DNA from: Veleropilina oligotropha
Lineage: Eukaryota
Assembly: GCA_048128005.1 (NCBI GenBank)
Contig: JBEUKZ010000135.1
Span: 1 to 64,000, forward strand
Direction of reading: 5' to 3'
DNA: 64,000 nucleotides
The notes beneath the pieces are model-generated. The model did not search any database, was not told the origin of the DNA, and saw only the letters and a list, made by a program, of their open reading frames with translations. Of the stretch, positions 1 to 11,553 are shown piece by piece. The position numbers were made by a program, and so were the translations under genes. Numbering within the stretch: position 1 is the stretch's first letter; every line of letters starts with the position of its first letter.

Positions 1-42
1 CCCAGGGACTAGGGCATTTTGAACTCGATTATTTGGTCCAGC

Positions 43-286
43 AAGGCTCCCATCACCTTTTCAGAACCAGCTCTATTTGGGCCAGGAAGGCTCCCAGCAC
101 CTTTTCAGAACCAGCTCTATTTGTGCTAGGAAGGCTCCCAGCACCTTTTCAGAACCAGCTCTTTTTGGGCTAGGAAGGCTCCCAGCACCTTTTCAGAACC
201 AGCTCTATTTGGGCCCGGAACGCTCCCAGCACCATTTCAGAACCAGCTCAATTTGGGCCAAGAAGGCTCCCAGAATCGTTTCAGAA
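43..286. repeat. 44-bp tandem repeat, about 5.5 copies
   Basis: Unit AAGGCTCCCAGCACCTTTTCAGAACCAGCTCTATTTGGGCCAGG restarts at 43, 87, 131, 175, 219 and 263. Confidence 0.95.
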
Positions 287-564
287 TAAATGTACAAGCA
301 CCGATCCACGAGGCGATCGTCTGCACAACTATATAGAGCGCCCAGGGATGGCCTGCCGCCTTAACAACGGCCAAGTCGTGACGAACGCCTGGCTGAAAAG
401 GTATGAGATTTCGATCCAGCTGGGCCTTCCAGAGGTCGTCGGCGCCGTGGGGGCCGCCGGGGCCCTGACCCTCCAGGCTCTCTGCAACGCCTTCTGGGCG
501 TCCAGCCACCCGGCGACGAAGTTCGCGAGGGAGGGGCGGTCCATCGCAAAGATGCGGGGCCTAG

Positions 565-1465
565 TGTTACAATATGATGTCTAATTACTTAACGAGTTAA
601 CTTTAAGAATGGTAAATTAGTATTGTTTAAATGTAGAAACGTACTTGATGATTAATTGCACTAAGAGCCCATGCCATAGAATGATTGTCTGTGACCTGCT
701 GATCTAATGTAATCTTGTTAATATTATCAATAACAATTAGCAGAAGTTACCGAGAATTGACGTCACATAAGGATGGCATGGGTGGACATGTTTGACATGT
801 TTATATAATTGAGTTAGATTAATGATGCTTACTATGAGTCATTTTGCACGCGTTACTATTGCCACGTTGGAAGTGCCACGTTGGACAAATTATGATGTAA
901 TTCCAAAGCGCGCCAGCTGATTGGTTAAGAAGAGGGTGTGACCCTTTTGAGAATATCTGGTTTGGGTCCATAGCGCGCTCGAGGAATTCAGTCCCGAACT
1001 AGCTCCAAGCTAGGAAGCATGCCCGGGCGGGGCTCATTTTGAGTAGTTAGTAAATGTATGTATACGATGTAATGTACCATGTTTAGGACATATATAAATG
1101 AATTGTCCAGAAGTTACACAGGCCTTGTGATGTAGTAGAGAAGAGAAGTAAACTTAGCGACTCCAGCGATAGCATCTTGTCACGGGGATGTTATCACATA
1201 CCATCGCATTCCGTCATGGATAACACAACGGTCCTTAATGTCTGAATGACTGAGTCGGCTGAGTAGAGATAATAGCAGATAATAGAGGAGCCTAGACGAC
1301 ACGTATAATGAAGACCATTAACCTCCCGTCGTGTGCTCCGAACATATGGCAAACAATTGCAGACTACAGAACTATCAATCCCATTAACACTGTGATGCGG
1401 TGATGGGCGTTCCGCCAGTTCTTGAAGTCCGAACTTGGTAACACCATCTGCCCCGCACTGTTACA
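565..1465 (+). repeat. 5' LTR
   Basis: TGTTACAATATG...CACTGTTACA, nearly identical to 4239-5140. Confidence 0.95.
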
Positions 1466-4238
1466 GTGGTTAATTTGGTGAGCGTGACCAGGTGAACCAA
1501 GCTGTTAATTTGGCGACGTGATCTGGCTGACCTACGAATATCAACAAACCGCAGAGGAAAAATCATGGTGGATGTTGCAGACCGGCATACCAAAAGACAG
1601 AGTGCAATTGAGATGGCGTATCGAAATGGAGCTGTTATCAACAATAACATAGGGTGAGTGTGTCATATAATAAGTCTGCATTTTGTAAATTACACCTGAT
1701 TATAAATTTAATGTAATAGAAATGGCCGAAAGTAAGGTTTCATATAGTAAAGGTAATAATATGGAAGTGAACGCTTTTGAGAAACCAATCGCATAAAAGG
1801 AATTAAAACAAGAGTCCATAAATAAGAAGATGGTTGTATTGTACATAAATATTGTGTTTGCATGCTTTGAATTATATTATTTATATTGGAACTGGAATAG
1901 GAAGATAGTTACCATTGTTGAAGAACTAAACTGTATAGCAGAAAGATGTATTGTTTCCATTGTATAATGGATTTATTGTATGCCATGTAACGCACTATTG
2001 AGACAGTCATAGTGTGGTATAAAACGAGTGAGTATCAGTTTCTACAAATGCTGCGAGAAATTGTGTCAATTTATTCATTGACTGTTTTAATGTATGTCGC
2101 ATGATAAATGCTTGAGATATGCATTACTGTAACTGCCAGAGACTAGATTGATTGCAAAATTTTGGCTCCTGCAGCAAGGGATCAGCGCAGTTGACCTTTG
2201 TAAACAAACTCGCAGAGTATAGTATTTTATAACTGGGAAAATAAATTTTGCAGATTAATTGAGTCAGAAACAGAAATAGTGGAGCAGAAGAGAATAAATA
2301 TTACAGGAAAACTAATAAATGTGAGAATTGTTTGATTTCATTTGACAAGTGTTGAGAATTAAAAGACGTGACCAAGAGCATTGTTATGTGAGGACGCACA
2401 TGTAATAAGAAACGTACATGTTAGGTGTCGACGTTATGTCGGGGGGCTGTTTCAGCTTTTGAAAGGGGGAATTAAATCCTTTGCACCATAATACAGTTCG
2501 AAACCGGATTAGGGCGAACTGATAAGGTTGATTGGACCTCGTGAATGCCAATCGGAGGGAGAGGTGAAATAATGTAAATGAAATCAAATAATAAAACAGT
2601 CATTGGGTGTACAGACATTAACGCAACTAATAGAGAGAGGGTGGAGTGATTCCCCTGAATAGTAAAAGTGCACTGAGGGTCGTGGTGACAGTGGGGTGAC
2701 AGATGTAAAGAGTGATATCTACTGATGAGATAGAGAGAGAGTGTTAGGTCTGTCTAACATGAGTTGGTAACTTTTAATTAATTTATTAGCGCTTGAACTA
2801 AATGGTCAACCGGGGCTTCGCGGCGTGTTCTTCGACTTGGAACACGCTTCCTGGTTGTTGGATCAAATTGATTTTTGGTCTCGCTTAATGACTTTTATGT
2901 TCACATGTTGGATAGTCTAACGAATGCATTCTTCAGTAAGAGTTAGTAACACGTGGATGATTGGTCGTAACACGCCACTGATAACTGACCCATGCAAGAG
3001 GTGATCATGAAAGAGGTGATTGAGACAATGTGGATAAGAAGTCCACCAAATAAAAACAAGGAGCGCTAAAAATCGTCAATTAATAAATGATGACCAATAG
3101 GCGGAGCGATGAATAAATTTGCAATAGGTAGTGTCTTGTATTTTCGAGATATTCGTAAGATCTGTTAGCTGGGTTTATTGGTACTAATAAGTGACTAACA
3201 TTGAACCGAATGCCATGGAGAAAGCATTATTTCCGAATTGAAAGGCATACAGCGATTGGGTCCTATTATGGCGTTCACGATCCTGTTATTGATTGTCATA
3301 AAGGGATGTATAATGTTTAAACTTACGGTTCATTGTGAGAAGAAATATTCGTTGGCCATAAACTTAGTAGAAAAGAGAACAGGTGTAATGCAGACAAGAC
3401 ACACGAAACCAATTAATTAAATCAATGATGTGCAATGTGTCGTCATCGGGAGATAATAGCCGATAACGCCTAACATACTCAATGGTGACTAACAGTTCTA
3501 GTAAACAAGTTAAATGTTTTCTGGCCGAGAGGGCTGGACACTTGAATATATTGAGAAATTGAGAAGCTGAGGATATGGAAACCCAGCATAAATAAATGAA
3601 GAGTAAGACGTGTAAGTTACTGAAGATCAATGTAACTTGTCAAAATGATGTACACCCATGTTGATGATGATTGTATTAAGTAGCATGAAGTTTTCATGTC
3701 ATAAAGTGGCATAGTATTGCCTAATGGTAAATCGTGTTGGTGTTAATTGAGAGCACCACTTTAGTTCAAGTGTGAACATAATTTAGAGGACAGATATTGC
3801 TGCTTTGATCTTTCTTCCAGGTCATCCATTGTGCCACGATTAAATCAAAGTATATGCGTGCGACGACTGAAAACCTACGACATATTTCATTGGTGCGACG
3901 ATGAGGATTGGACATATTTACGAACTGTGTGTCTGGATCGTCGACCAATCGCACGGGATTAGGACTGAATGGATGTGCCTTGCGAGGAATGAACAATGTG
4001 CGCGATTCACTTTATTTAGTGACCCATGTGATGATACATGGGGTTATAGAGACTCTTTGTGAATATATTAATGATCTTAATTGTTTTGAAATACCTTTGA
4101 TTATTGCGTTATATTGTGCATGCTTTATGTTATTGTGCATGTTTTATTATAGTTGAAATATGTTTTGATTACCGATCATATTGAATGACTATATGAGAAT
4201 CTTAATTTGATTAATATTCTTCGAAGTATGGGAGGTAC

Positions 4239-5140
4239 TGTTACAATATGATGTCTAATTACTTAACGAGTTAACTTTAAGAATGGTAAATTAGTATTGT
4301 TTAAATGTAGAAAACGTACTTGATGATTAATTGCACTAAGAGCCCATGCCATAGAATGATTGTCTGTGACCTGCTGATCTAATGTAATCTTGTTAATATT
4401 ATCAATAACAATTAGCAGAAGTTACCGAGAATTGACGTCACATAAGGATGGCATGGGTGGACATGTTTGACATGTTTATATAATTGAGTTAGATTAATGA
4501 TGCTTACTATGAGTCATTTTGCACGCGTTACTATTGCCACGTTGGAAGTGCCACGTTGGACAAATTATGATGTAATTCCAAAGCGCGCCAGCCGATTGGT
4601 TAAGAAGAGGGTGTGACCCTTTTGAGAATATCTTGTTTGGGTCCAGAGCGCACTCGAGGAATTCAGTCCCGAACTAGCTCCAAGCTAGGAAGCATGCCCG
4701 GGCGGGGCTCATTTTGAGTAGTTAGTAAATGTATGTATACGATGTAATGTACCATGTTTAGGACATATATAAATGAATTGTCCAGAAGTTACAAAGGCCT
4801 TGTGATGTAGTAGAGAGGAGAAGTAAACTTAGCGACTCCAGCGATAGCGTCTTGTCACGGGGATGTTATCACATACCATCGCATTCCATCATGGATAACA
4901 CAACGGTCCTTAATGTCTGAATGACTGAGTCGGCTGAGTAGAGATAATAGCAGATAATAGAGGAACCTAGACGACACGTATAATGAAGACCATTAACCTC
5001 CCGTCGTGTGCTCCGAACATATGGCAAACAATTGCAGACTACAGAACTATCAATCCCATTAACACTGTGACGCGGTGACGGGCGTTCCGCCAGTTCTTGA
5101 AGTCCGAACTTGGTAACACCATCTGCCCCGCACTGTTACA
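4239..5140 (+). repeat. 3' LTR
   Basis: Copy of 565-1465 with about a dozen differences counted by eye. Confidence 0.95.
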
Positions 5141-5198
5141 CTAGTCGGAGATCTGCCCCCCAGTTGACTACCCGAGAGAGGGTGTAGAATCACATTAG

Positions 5199-5597
5199 TT
5201 AAATAAATATGTAGTTCCCACTGGCTAATGTGCAGTTGCATGATGACTGGTGTCCTATTTGACTCCACACACCAAAGCAGCCGGTAGATAACATTGAGTA
5301 ATCATGCCCATTTTTACCATGGCATAGGGAGGGCTGTTCACATTGGATACATAGGACAGTATGTGGGATGGGGCCACAGTCATTATCTCCGATAATATAG
5401 TAGTGGCACGAAGGTGGGGATACAGCAGGGGGGTTTCGTAGCAAGTTTTTCCGCAAGGGATCTAGTCGTATGTTATGCAATGGGTGGTTTCGGTACCTAG
5501 CCCATGTATGTTCGATAATTAGTGCAGTGTCATGTGACCCCTGGGAGACACCCACTAGCCAGGACATGGCGGCAATGCACAGTAGCATGGATTTCAT
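5199..5597 (-). CDS. Secreted Cys-rich protein (cystine-knot-like), copy 1
   Basis: 132 aa, ATG start, hydrophobic N-terminal signal-like segment, 8 further Cys ending in CxC; intact in both copies. Confidence 0.65.
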   Translation of the reverse strand: MKSMLLCIAAMSWLVGVSQGSHDTALIIEHTWARYRNHPLHNIRLDPLRKNLLRNPPAVSPPSCHYYIIGDNDCGPIPHTVLCIQCEQPSLCHGKNGHDYSMLSTGCFGVWSQIGHQSSCNCTLASGNYIFI

Positions 5598-5664
5598 AGT
5601 TGTATCCAGATATAACTATATCTGATAGAGGCATAGCTTTAATGGTTACGATTAACCTGAATGG

Positions 5665-6228
5665 TTAGTCGCCAACTCCGATTTTTTTCAGTAACTTTGC
5701 ACGTGCCTCTTTACAAACACGCTCAATAAGCTCGCCTTGGGTCTGTGAAACCGCGGTGTGCGCCTTTGTACCTTTGATACGAAGTGTTGCTTTCATTGTC
5801 CGATATTTCGCCATCTCATCTGTAACAAGTTGGAATTCATCATCAGACATCTCCTCATTCACTTGGAGGTGGCGGCTAACGTATTTACCACCCATGCTAG
5901 CGAGCCCACACCCCAACGCCGCTAATTCAAGCACTAATACAACAGGTGCCGCAATAACTGTTGACAACAGACCAATGCCGGCACTACCCATACCAAGGCT
6001 GGCAATGACAAAGGCCGAATCTATCCCATCAATGACATTTACGCCTCTTCGGTACTTCTTGTACAGAGCAGCCCTTGTGTCCCTCTCTCGTTCTAGTTGT
6101 CCCTGAAGCTCATTCACTTTTTGTAGTCGGAAAGACTGTGCCTCCGGCAGTTCCGAAAGAACGTCGCCAGGCCCGCCATCAAGTTGTGGATACAGCGTTG
6201 GCGCTGATGGCAGCGTAGGTTTGTCCAC
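5665..6228 (-). pseudogene. Viral membrane-associated helical protein (adintovirus 'GasderminX'-like), copy 1, with 84-bp net in-frame deletion
   Basis: PSAPTLYPQL; FRLQKVNELQ..LERE..R..LYKKY; two hydrophobic segments; lacks 28 aa present in copy 2; GTG start. Confidence 0.65.
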
Positions 6229-6585
6229 CTATATGTAGCTATACTTTTCAGCAGGCTGGGATATAATATCTACCTTGACGTTCAAATAGAGGGTATTCAT
6301 CCATGGGGCCTTGAGGGCAAAGGCGAGTGTTAGCTTATCCGAATCCAGGCCAACTTTATTTATGGAACATGACTTGGGGCTGCCCCCGGCCGGCTGGACA
6401 GGCGTTATGTGAATTGTTAGAAGGTCTGGGTTTGACCCAAACCGCGCTCCTGTGTTTGGAAATATAAACTCCCTCCTCAAAAGCTCTTTCTTGCATGCTT
6501 CTCCACAATGAAGAACAAAGTTGTGCGTGCGGTGAAACTGTTCCGAAGGCACATCTGCAAGAAGAGTTCCATAAATGCTGCTCAT
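6229..6585 (-). CDS. Hypothetical viral protein, 118 aa, copy 1
   Basis: ATG overlaps the upstream penton stop (ATGA); open in both copies. Confidence 0.55.
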   Translation of the reverse strand: MSSIYGTLLADVPSEQFHRTHNFVLHCGEACKKELLRREFIFPNTGARFGSNPDLLTIHITPVQPAGGSPKSCSINKVGLDSDKLTLAFALKAPWMNTLYLNVKVDIISQPAEKYSYI

Positions 6586-7237
6586 TGTATCTCAAGGACT
6601 GCGGAAATAGGCATACCGTGATTGTATAGCAGGTTACCGTCTGAGTCTGTGATGTACATGTTCAATTCAGTGAGTAGCCCGGCCTGCAGTCGCCGAAATT
6701 CTGGATAACTATGAAAGTGTGCGGCTTCACCGAACATCTGCGAAGTTATGGGAACCACCGCGAGAACATTGCTCGGGGCGCCATCTTTCACATTAGCTGT
6801 GGTACTTAGCTGATCCAGATGAACGTGTAGGGTCGCTGCAATAGCAAACCCTACTGGCCTGTTCCCGTCATAAGTCCCAGGGCGTAGCCACCCAGAAACG
6901 TTGAACCCTAGGAGTTTTAGTAGATCATCGCTTATCATAAGTTCATTGCCATCTGGAACAACGAGTTGCGCGATTCCCGTAGCATGGCATACATCTAGCT
7001 GCATGTTAACTAGGGACCTCTTCATAGTCTTGGCGAGGGAATTGAAGCTGTAGAAACCTGGTGCCACTGACACTGTGTTATTGGGGGTTTTGAAGAAGGC
7101 TCCTGCGTGTACATTATGCCAACCGACCAAATAGTCGAGCGACCGCAAGCCAACACATAGCTTTCCTCCCGGTTATCTATCGGTAGCAGGAGGGCAACCG
7201 CGGTCCCCGTTTGAACATTCGTTACTGTGTGAAACAT
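6582..7237 (-). pseudogene. Minor capsid (penton-like single jelly-roll) protein, copy 1, frameshifted near the 5' end
   Basis: Motifs PGFYS, LHVHLDQLST..N..G.PSNVLAVVP, PEFRRL, LNMYITDSDGNLLYNHG.PISAVL fit Polinton-type pentons; the N-terminus MFHTVTN..PIDNR is in another frame (shift near 7168). Confidence 0.7.
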
Positions 7238-7256
7238 AATTGTACTTACAAACAAT

Positions 7257-8564
7257 ATGGATAAGAGTGCCTTTGCTTTTAATAGGAGTGCGGTCTATCA
7301 GACCGGTGTGGTGTACCCAACCCGTATAAAGGATGAGCAGCTTACAAAACCAAGCATCGTTATATATTCGTCTGAATCTCCCCACCCTTCATTCCAGGCA
7401 AAATACCCAGATGTCTTTCAAAAGTATCGCCTCCCTCACATCGCGAGTGACCGGCTAATACAGGCTTGGAACACCACACCCATGGGGTTTTGGTAGAATC
7501 AGATTAACTTCGCAGTATGGTGTGCTACAACAGGTTCCGGGGTATCTGCAGAAGACCACTTGAATGCAGCTGACCCCCTGATCAGAGCCGTATTCACCTT
7601 CCATTTCTACTATCAGATCAGAAGGGTATTGTCCGAAATTAAGGCGCCGCTGCCTCAAGACATGATATGGGATGCGTTCGACAACCCGTATGACCTCAGG
7701 GCATATGAGAAGATCTGCAGTGAATTTGGAGTGTCTCCACATACCGACTGGCGAGTCAAGGGTCCCAATAACGGACTCGGCACAGCTTACAACCACTGGA
7801 CAAACAATGGCTACCACTCCATAGATCATGAGTATAATCCCAGTTGGATGTCATTCACGAGAGAGAAGAGACTGCATGTGGACTATATAGGACAGGTTGC
7901 TATTGGCACTCATGGCTGGGCTTCGTTTATTCTGGACAAATCGGCGGGATTTACCCAGGCCGGCGTGGAAAGGCTTAATGATTCCATCAGGACTTATGTC
8001 TGGGCGATTCTTGGAGCGCAGGCTCAGACACGTGCAAGTATTCTGGGTAGTGGTACAGCATTTGACGCGCAAAAGCAGTTTCTGTCAAAAGTGGAAGATG
8101 CCATCTCATCTCCAGTTGATCTGCCATCAGCCATCAAACGGTACCAAAATGTGCTACAGTATGCCAGATCCAAGGTAGACTTCGTATTCGGCGTTGACCT
8201 GTATATGGCGCCAAGTGACATGCTTCTACGAATCGGGCAGGTGGCTGGCTATAACAACGAAATCATCGTTGCAACACAAAACCAGACACTAGGTCTTAAT
8301 ACAACCGTCAACACAGCCAATTTTCCCCCCAACGCCACTGGGGATACTGGAGAAAAGGGACTGGTCATTCCACGAGACGTGGTCGCAGTCTTACAGACAG
8401 ATACAACCAGACCGGTATTCACTCCGAAGCATCCAAACTCTGAACCGACAGTAACAGTGACAAAGCCACTATGTCGTAACCATAACGAGGAGAAGACCGC
8501 ACTCATTGTGGGTGGCGTTGTCGTTGGCCTAGCATTTATTTGGCTTGCTTCACCCACTGTCTAG
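7257..8564 (+). pseudogene. 435-aa viral protein with C-terminal TM helix, copy 1 (premature TAG at 7494-7496)
   Basis: Colinear with the intact ORF 12582-13889; CAG>TAG change. Confidence 0.75.
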
Positions 8565-9819
8565 CGGCAATAAGAAGCAACCCCCCAACTGCTATAATCA
8601 CAGCCCATAGGTTTTCAGCAAGCCACGACGCTGTTTTGCCAACCATGTTGATAAGCCAGGAAAGCAGGCTTCCAAGCATTCCTGGGAGTGCCTCTGCCGC
8701 CTTACCTGCTAGTTTGCCCAGAATCCGACCCAAGTTCTGCAGATGAGTTTTTACCCACTCCTTTATCCCTCGATGATTAGCATCACTGGGAGGTGTTGGT
8801 GAGATATTCGGCGTTCCGCCAGTTAGGGCCAGTACCAGAGTCGAGATAGCCATCCCAATCGCGGTGAGTATGGTCATGATCGTGACCCCCTGCTCGCAAA
8901 ACAAGGTCCGGATGCGCTCGGCCAGCGTCGTGTCTGAGTTGAGAATCCGAGTTATTGTTTCTTGGAACCTGCTGATTTGAGAGCGAAGGGCATCCCGGCT
9001 TGATGAGGCTGCCTTTAGGCGAGCTGCTCGTTCATCATTTAAGTCACGCAAGCGTTCTGCAATTCGTCATCGAGTAAACTCATCCACACCGCCTTCATCT
9101 GCCTGCTCAAGCTTCCTTTTCTCCAGACCAATGTGGTCGTCAAGCGCAGATAGTTTGGCCAAGTTGTTGGTTAGCTCACCTCGAATTGTCTGCATTGCCT
9201 TGTCAAGCCCGCGAAGCTCACGAAGATTTAATGGAGGGCCCTCCATTGTGCTCATGATATCGTCAACCTCAGAATCTGTGAAAGTCGTCTCCATTTTGTG
9301 GATTGCTTCTGATGCATCATTAGCTGTTCGCCCCAAGTCGTGCAGTTCTACGTTGTCTACCTTGGCGGCCGCTCTGCCCAACTCATTGTTGGCTGTCTGA
9401 AGAGTTGCAACAGCTTTTGAGGGCAGCTTTTTTCCTCGCGTCCAGTCTACAAAACCCAACCCATCTCTGATGGCGCTACCCCCACCACGCCGGCCAGCTA
9501 ATGTTGCCAAAGACTTGGGTTTACCAGTGCTATAATTGATTAGATCAATGTGTGGATATGCCTTCATTCGCAATTGCCCATCTACATATTCAAACCTGGA
9601 GTAATCACGCCCCATGGCGGGAGTTTGCCCCTCCTTTGAAAGGGCGTTGTAGTAGTCATCAACAGCTGTTTGCACAAGCTCTTGCCGCAGACCGCTGGTT
9701 CGTTCCTGTGGCAGTGCCGGAGGCACAATCCAGTCAGTGGGGCCGACCACATCATCATCGTCGATGGTATCTCCAAAGATATGATCAGGCTCGAATGCGG
9801 GGTTCTCGAATTGCGCCAT
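8536..9819 (-). pseudogene. Coiled-coil protein with C-terminal hydrophobic/amphipathic helices, copy 1 (in-frame TGA at 9067-9069)
   Basis: ORFs 9067-9819 and 8536-9051 are in frame across one TGA (..EFTR*RIAERLRD..), about 427 codons in total. Confidence 0.75.
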
Positions 9820-9890
9820 TTGAATACAACTGAATGGATACGCATCTAATACGTATATATATAACTGTTATACCTCCGGTAAATAACAAC

Positions 9891-10403
9891 ATGGCCAGCT
9901 CATACGGACGCAAGCTTAATCCATACCGAAGACTGCGAGAGCCCCTTGGAGTCAAGGGTATTCGCCAGTCGGTTACCATAACCAACAACCCATCCACTAT
10001 TGCCGCCAACCATCAGTTGTTGGTTAGGTTCCCTAATCTCGGGGCTCATGACGTTATCGTTCCAGGGACTGCACACTTGGCATTTACAATCTCTCTGAAC
10101 TCGGCTAACCCGAACAGAACCGTAGTTCAGAACATTGGACGCGCCGTGATCAAGAAGACAACGATCAAGATTAGTGGAAACGAGGTCTTGTCTATCGATG
10201 ACTCCGACGTGTATCAATGCTACAACGATCTCTGGAAGACACCCCAGGAGCGCAAGAATGCCCAATACCAAGGAATTGATACCAGCGATGAACAAAATGC
10301 TACGAAGCATCGTGTTGGTGCGGTAGACGCCTTCAGAGTTTCTGAAGATATGGCAATATCTTCCGCTTATGGTAATAGAGAGCCACATGCCATTCTACCA
10401 GAG
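9891..10403 (+). pseudogene. Major capsid protein N-terminal part, copy 1, truncated at the duplication junction
   Basis: Nearly identical to 15201-15713, then jumps into the start of the second cassette. Confidence 0.75.
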
Positions 10404-10421
10404 AGTGTAGAATCACATTAG

Positions 10422-10820
10422 TTAAATAAATATGTAGTTCCCACTGGCTAATGTGCAGTTGCATGATGACTGGTGTCCGATTTGACTCCACACACCAAAG
10501 CAGCCAGTAGATAACATTGAGTAATCATGCCCATTTTTACCATGGCATATGGAGGGCTGTTCACATTGGATACATAGGACATTATGTGGGATGGGGCCAC
10601 AGTCATTATCTCGGATAATATAGTAGTGGCACGAAGGTGGGGATACAGCAGGGGGGTTTCGTAGCAAGTTTTTCCGCAAGGGATCTAGTCGTATGTTATA
10701 CAATGGATGGTTTCGGTACCTAGCCCATGTATGTTCGATAATTAGTGCGGTGTCATGTGACCCCTGGGAGACACCCGCTAGCCAGGACATGGCGGCAATG
10801 CACAGTAGCATGGATTTCAT
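10422..10820 (-). CDS. Secreted Cys-rich protein, copy 2
   Basis: 132 aa; all Cys conserved with copy 1. Confidence 0.65.
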   Translation of the reverse strand: MKSMLLCIAAMSWLAGVSQGSHDTALIIEHTWARYRNHPLYNIRLDPLRKNLLRNPPAVSPPSCHYYIIRDNDCGPIPHNVLCIQCEQPSICHGKNGHDYSMLSTGCFGVWSQIGHQSSCNCTLASGNYIFI

Positions 10821-10926
10821 AGTTGTATCCAGATATAACTATATCTGATAGAGGCATAGCTTTAATAAGGGGGGGGGAAGTTGTGGTTACGATTAACCTG
10901 AATGGTTAGTCGCCAACTCCGATTTT

Positions 10927-11553
10927 TTACAGTAACTTTGCACGTGCCTCTTTACGAACACGCTCAATAAGCTCGCCTTGGGTCTGTGAAACCGCGGTGT
11001 GCGCCTTTGTACCTTTGATACGAAGTGTTGCTTTCATTGTCCGATATTTCGCCATCTCATCTGTAACAAGTTGGAATTCATCATCAGACATCTCCCCATC
11101 CGCTAAGGCCTTTGAAATGTGGTCATTGATGGTGTTCAGTTTGCTTTCCGCCAGTATTCGTATCTCATCGTGTTTCTTAGCCTTCGCTTGGAGGCGGCGG
11201 CTAACGTATTTACCACCCATGCTAGCGAGCCCACACCCCAACGCCGCTAATTCAAGCACTAATACAACAGGTGCCGCAATAACTGTTGACAACATACCAA
11301 TGCCGGCGCTACCCATAACAAGGCTGGCAATGACAAAGGCCGAATCTATCCCATCAATGACATTCACGCCTCTTCGGTACTTCTTGTACAGAGCAGCCCT
11401 TGTGTCCCTCTCTCGTTCTAGTTGTCCCTGAAGCTCATTCACTTTTTGTAGTCGGAAAGACTGTGCCTCCGGCAGTTCCGAAAGAACGTCGCCAGGCCCG
11501 CCATCAAGTTGTGGATACAGCGTTGGCGCTGATGGCAGCGTAGGTTTGTCCAC
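10927..11553 (-). CDS. 'GasderminX'-like membrane-associated viral protein, copy 2 (last 7 aa lost to a TAA)
   Basis: 208 aa, includes KHDEIRILAESKLNTINDHISKALADG.MSDDEF; PSAP and LYPQL at the N-terminus. Confidence 0.7.
   Translation of the reverse strand: MDKPTLPSAPTLYPQLDGGPGDVLSELPEAQSFRLQKVNELQGQLERERDTRAALYKKYRRGVNVIDGIDSAFVIASLVMGSAGIGMLSTVIAAPVVLVLELAALGCGLASMGGKYVSRRLQAKAKKHDEIRILAESKLNTINDHISKALADGEMSDDEFQLVTDEMAKYRTMKATLRIKGTKAHTAVSQTQGELIERVRKEARAKLL

Larger units (their letters stand above)
565..5140 (+). mobile_element. Non-autonomous LTR retrotransposon (Gypsy-like 4-bp TSD)
   Basis: Two ~900-bp direct repeats with TG...CA ends; CTAG duplicated at 561-564 and 5141-5144; PBS-like TGGTGAGCGTGACCAGG just after the 5' LTR; purine-rich GAAGTATGGGAGG before the 3' LTR; no long internal ORF. 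Confidence 0.93.

Noticed and set aside
43..286. CRISPR-like array
   Set aside because: Contiguous repeats with no unique spacers, no cas genes, eukaryotic context.
5756..6106. Antisense ORFs over viral and TE genes (many in the ORF track)
   Set aside because: Shadows of real coding frames, with no motifs of their own.
9834..9890. Upstream ATG extension of the MCP (also 15144-15200)
   Set aside because: Runs through a TATATATA intergenic stretch; ATG 9891/15201 has the ACAAC context shared by other cassette genes.
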